Shown in pieces: positions 62,562-64,000 of a stretch of DNA of 64,000 bases (position 1 is its first letter; each line of letters begins with the position of its first letter). The translations under genes were made by a program, and so were the position numbers. Below the pieces are notes generated by a model that made no database searches, was not told the origin of the DNA, and saw only the letters and a program-made list of their open reading frames with translations. This DNA is from an uncultured bacterium (GTDB taxonomy: Bacteria; Verrucomicrobiota; Verrucomicrobiia; Verrucomicrobiales; DEV007), in the NCBI GenBank assembly GCA_963977015.1, contig CAXBMO010000022.1:36063-100062 (forward strand). The letters run 5' to 3'.

Positions 62562-62844
62562 TTGACTGGCAGCCCCTCCTTTTTCGCTGCTCTGTATCAA
62601 CACGCGATCGTCCGGCACCATCTCCGGGGTAACCGGCGGCGGTGGCGGATTGTGCACGAAGCGGGAAGCCAGGAGCTCAGGCGCAACCGCACCACGATGC
62701 ACGACGAGGTTATCCAACCAACCGGAAAAGCTCTCCGAGGAGCGACGTCCGTATCCGGTTCCAATCACGCAATTCACGCTTCCAGTGTAACGCGACGCCT
62801 CTCAAAAAACACGCCTTTGGATGTTCCACTTTCAGGGGGGGCAT
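62562..62844 (-). pseudogene. Chimeric partial duplicate of the DUF1553 gene 5' region
   Basis: 62562-62768 matches 57221-57427; 62769-62844 matches 58100-58176. Confidence 0.92.
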
Positions 62845-62930
62845 TTTCCTATTTCAGATGTTCAAGCCGCGAGCCGTGGACAATTCGTGATGGACGCAGG
62901 ACAGCGAATGTTAGATGAGAGTTACGACTA

Positions 62931-63473
62931 ATGACGACCGAACAATTCTGGATAATAATCGAAGAAGCTTGGCAGAATAGTGAAAATGCGACCCAGGCCT
63001 ACTTTGCTCTAAAGACAATTTTGAGCAAAACAAACACAGCGGAGCTTGTGTCGTTTGCGAAACATTTCTCAAAGTATGAAATCCAACTGTTAACGCCGGA
63101 ACACCTTAGTGCGGCATTTCTTCTTTGCGAAGGGTGGCTGAGTGAGGGGGAATTTCAGGCCTATGCGTGGTCAGTTGTTGCAGTTCCAAGAAAGGTTTTT
63201 GAGGACGTCGTAAGAAATCCCGATAGCATCCTGATTCACAAGGAATTCAATCATATGCCAGGCGGTGAGTTACAGCCCTTTGGGACGGTTGTTTTTCAGG
63301 TCGCCGAGGAGAGAAAAGAAACTCTTCCCGATTTCAAGGTGGAACGAGTATTCAATCTCAAATCGATTCAGTTTGGCGGCAAATCTGGTAAGAATATTCT
63401 GGATCAGGTATCTTGCGCTGTATTGACCCCGAAAATATATGAGAAACTATCCGAGAACGTAGAGTGGGATTGA
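62931..63473 (+). CDS. DUF4240-like protein (possible immunity-type protein)
   Basis: MTTEQFWIIIE, LVSF, WLSEGEFQAY, FEDVVRNPDSI; visibly AT-richer than its neighbours. Confidence 0.75.
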   Translation: MTTEQFWIIIEEAWQNSENATQAYFALKTILSKTNTAELVSFAKHFSKYEIQLLTPEHLSAAFLLCEGWLSEGEFQAYAWSVVAVPRKVFEDVVRNPDSILIHKEFNHMPGGELQPFGTVVFQVAEERKETLPDFKVERVFNLKSIQFGGKSGKNILDQVSCAVLTPKIYEKLSENVEWD

Positions 63474-63474
63474 A

Positions 63475-63511
63475 CAAAAAATGGGGACAGGCTGTTTCTA
63501 CCCAATAGTTC
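63475..63511 (+). repeat. Full copy of the AAAAATGGGGACAGGCT motif directly after the DUF4240 stop
   Basis: CAAAAAATGGGGACAGGCTGTTTCTACCCAATAGTTC. Confidence 0.75.
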
Positions 63512-63640
63512 AATAACGTATGAATTCTAACAAGGATTCTCCCGAAGCCAATCTCTGTGAGGAGACAGTCGCGGGCGCAGGCGGAGGCACAGGGAGTCAT
63601 CCAACCGCGCAGGAACCGTCCCGATTGTGCGGTCGACTCC

Positions 63641-63897
63641 GTAGCGGCGAGCTTCCGCTCGGCAATGGTGGGGATTGGCTGGCATCCCTGCCGGGATGCG
63701 GTTCTGGTGGTGACGGGGCCCGGTGGTGTTCGCTGCGCTCGACCACCGGCTAATGGCTGGGGAAGCCTCCGGCTTGGTGAGAGACCCGCGAGCGAAGGCG
63801 CCCGTAACTTGGGGCTCCCTTCGTCCCGGGCCCCGGAGACACCCTCCGGTCCGACCGCGCCCATCCGCTGCAGGAACAGGACGGAGCCCTGTTTTAC
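63641..63897. repeat. Cluster of REP-like palindromes
   Basis: GTAG-CGGCGAGC-TTCC-GCTCG; GCATCCC-TGCC-GGGATGC; CCGGTGGT...ACCACCGG; AAGCC-TCC-GGCTT; AACAGG...CCTGTT. Confidence 0.65.
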
Positions 63898-63912
63898 TAA
63901 TGATGAACCCAG

Positions 63913-64000
63913 ATCCGAGGCCCCAATCCGGGCCCCAATCCGGGCCCCAATCCGAGGCCCAATCCGAGGCCCAATCCGAGGCCCAATCCGAGGCCCAATC
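63913..64000. repeat. 12-bp tandem repeat (ATCCGAGGCCCA / ATCCGGGCCCCA), at least 7 units, runs off the window
   Basis: Read directly; the first unit is 13 bp. Confidence 0.95.

Noticed and set aside
57221-62768. DGR template/variable repeat pair (57221-57427 vs 62562-62768)
   Set aside because: Many mismatches involve A but not in one direction (G>C, G>A, T>A and C>A also occur), the copy includes upstream non-coding DNA and an indel, the target is not a C-terminal variable region, and no reverse transcriptase is in the window
62418-62777. 119-aa ORF as a genuine gene
   Set aside because: It is the chimeric duplicate reading through the motif into unrelated sequence
63520-63864. Short ORFs 63520-63753 (+) and 63358-63864 (-)
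   Set aside because: They are translations of palindromic repeat DNA
60015-64000. CRISPR array or classical integron attC array
   Set aside because: Motif copies are irregularly spaced and degenerate, the terminal repeat has no spacers, there are no cas or intI genes, and I saw no RYYYAAC...GTTRRRY attC structure

Overview
GC-rich bacterial chromosome segment. The gene content suggests the PVC superphylum, probably Verrucomicrobia (inference from DUF1501/DUF1553/PSCyt genes, a PVC-type heme-binding dehydrogenase, several sulfatases, DUF1080 and SHD1 proteins). About 47 CDS are supportable. Housekeeping and metabolic genes include a UvrD/PcrA helicase, purQ, photolyase, a 2-oxoacid dehydrogenase E1a/E1b/E2 cluster, an amidase, an AGCS symporter and three sulfatases. 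I saw no tRNA, rRNA, CRISPR array, transposase or reverse transcriptase. Most notable: (1) an operon of two paralogous exported, ATPase-less Lon-type (S16) protease proteins, one with an intact Ser-Lys dyad and one degenerate, followed by an SHD1 protein; (2) a mosaic hot spot at 60-64 kb where a recurring ~30-37 bp motif sits at the junctions of internally deleted gene fragments and a cassette-like DUF4240 gene; (3) a secreted Pro-rich protein with a higher-order repeat, upstream of an orphan TpsB; (4) an NsrR-box-controlled cluster with an exported truncated hemoglobin, a c-type heme protein, a sulfite/nitrite reductase, a PLP lyase and a GST; (5) unusual domain architectures (SH3-like insert in a symporter, membrane-anchored ParA, SnoaL-LuxR, thioester-domain-like membrane protein). 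All family assignments are by eye from motifs; no searches were run.
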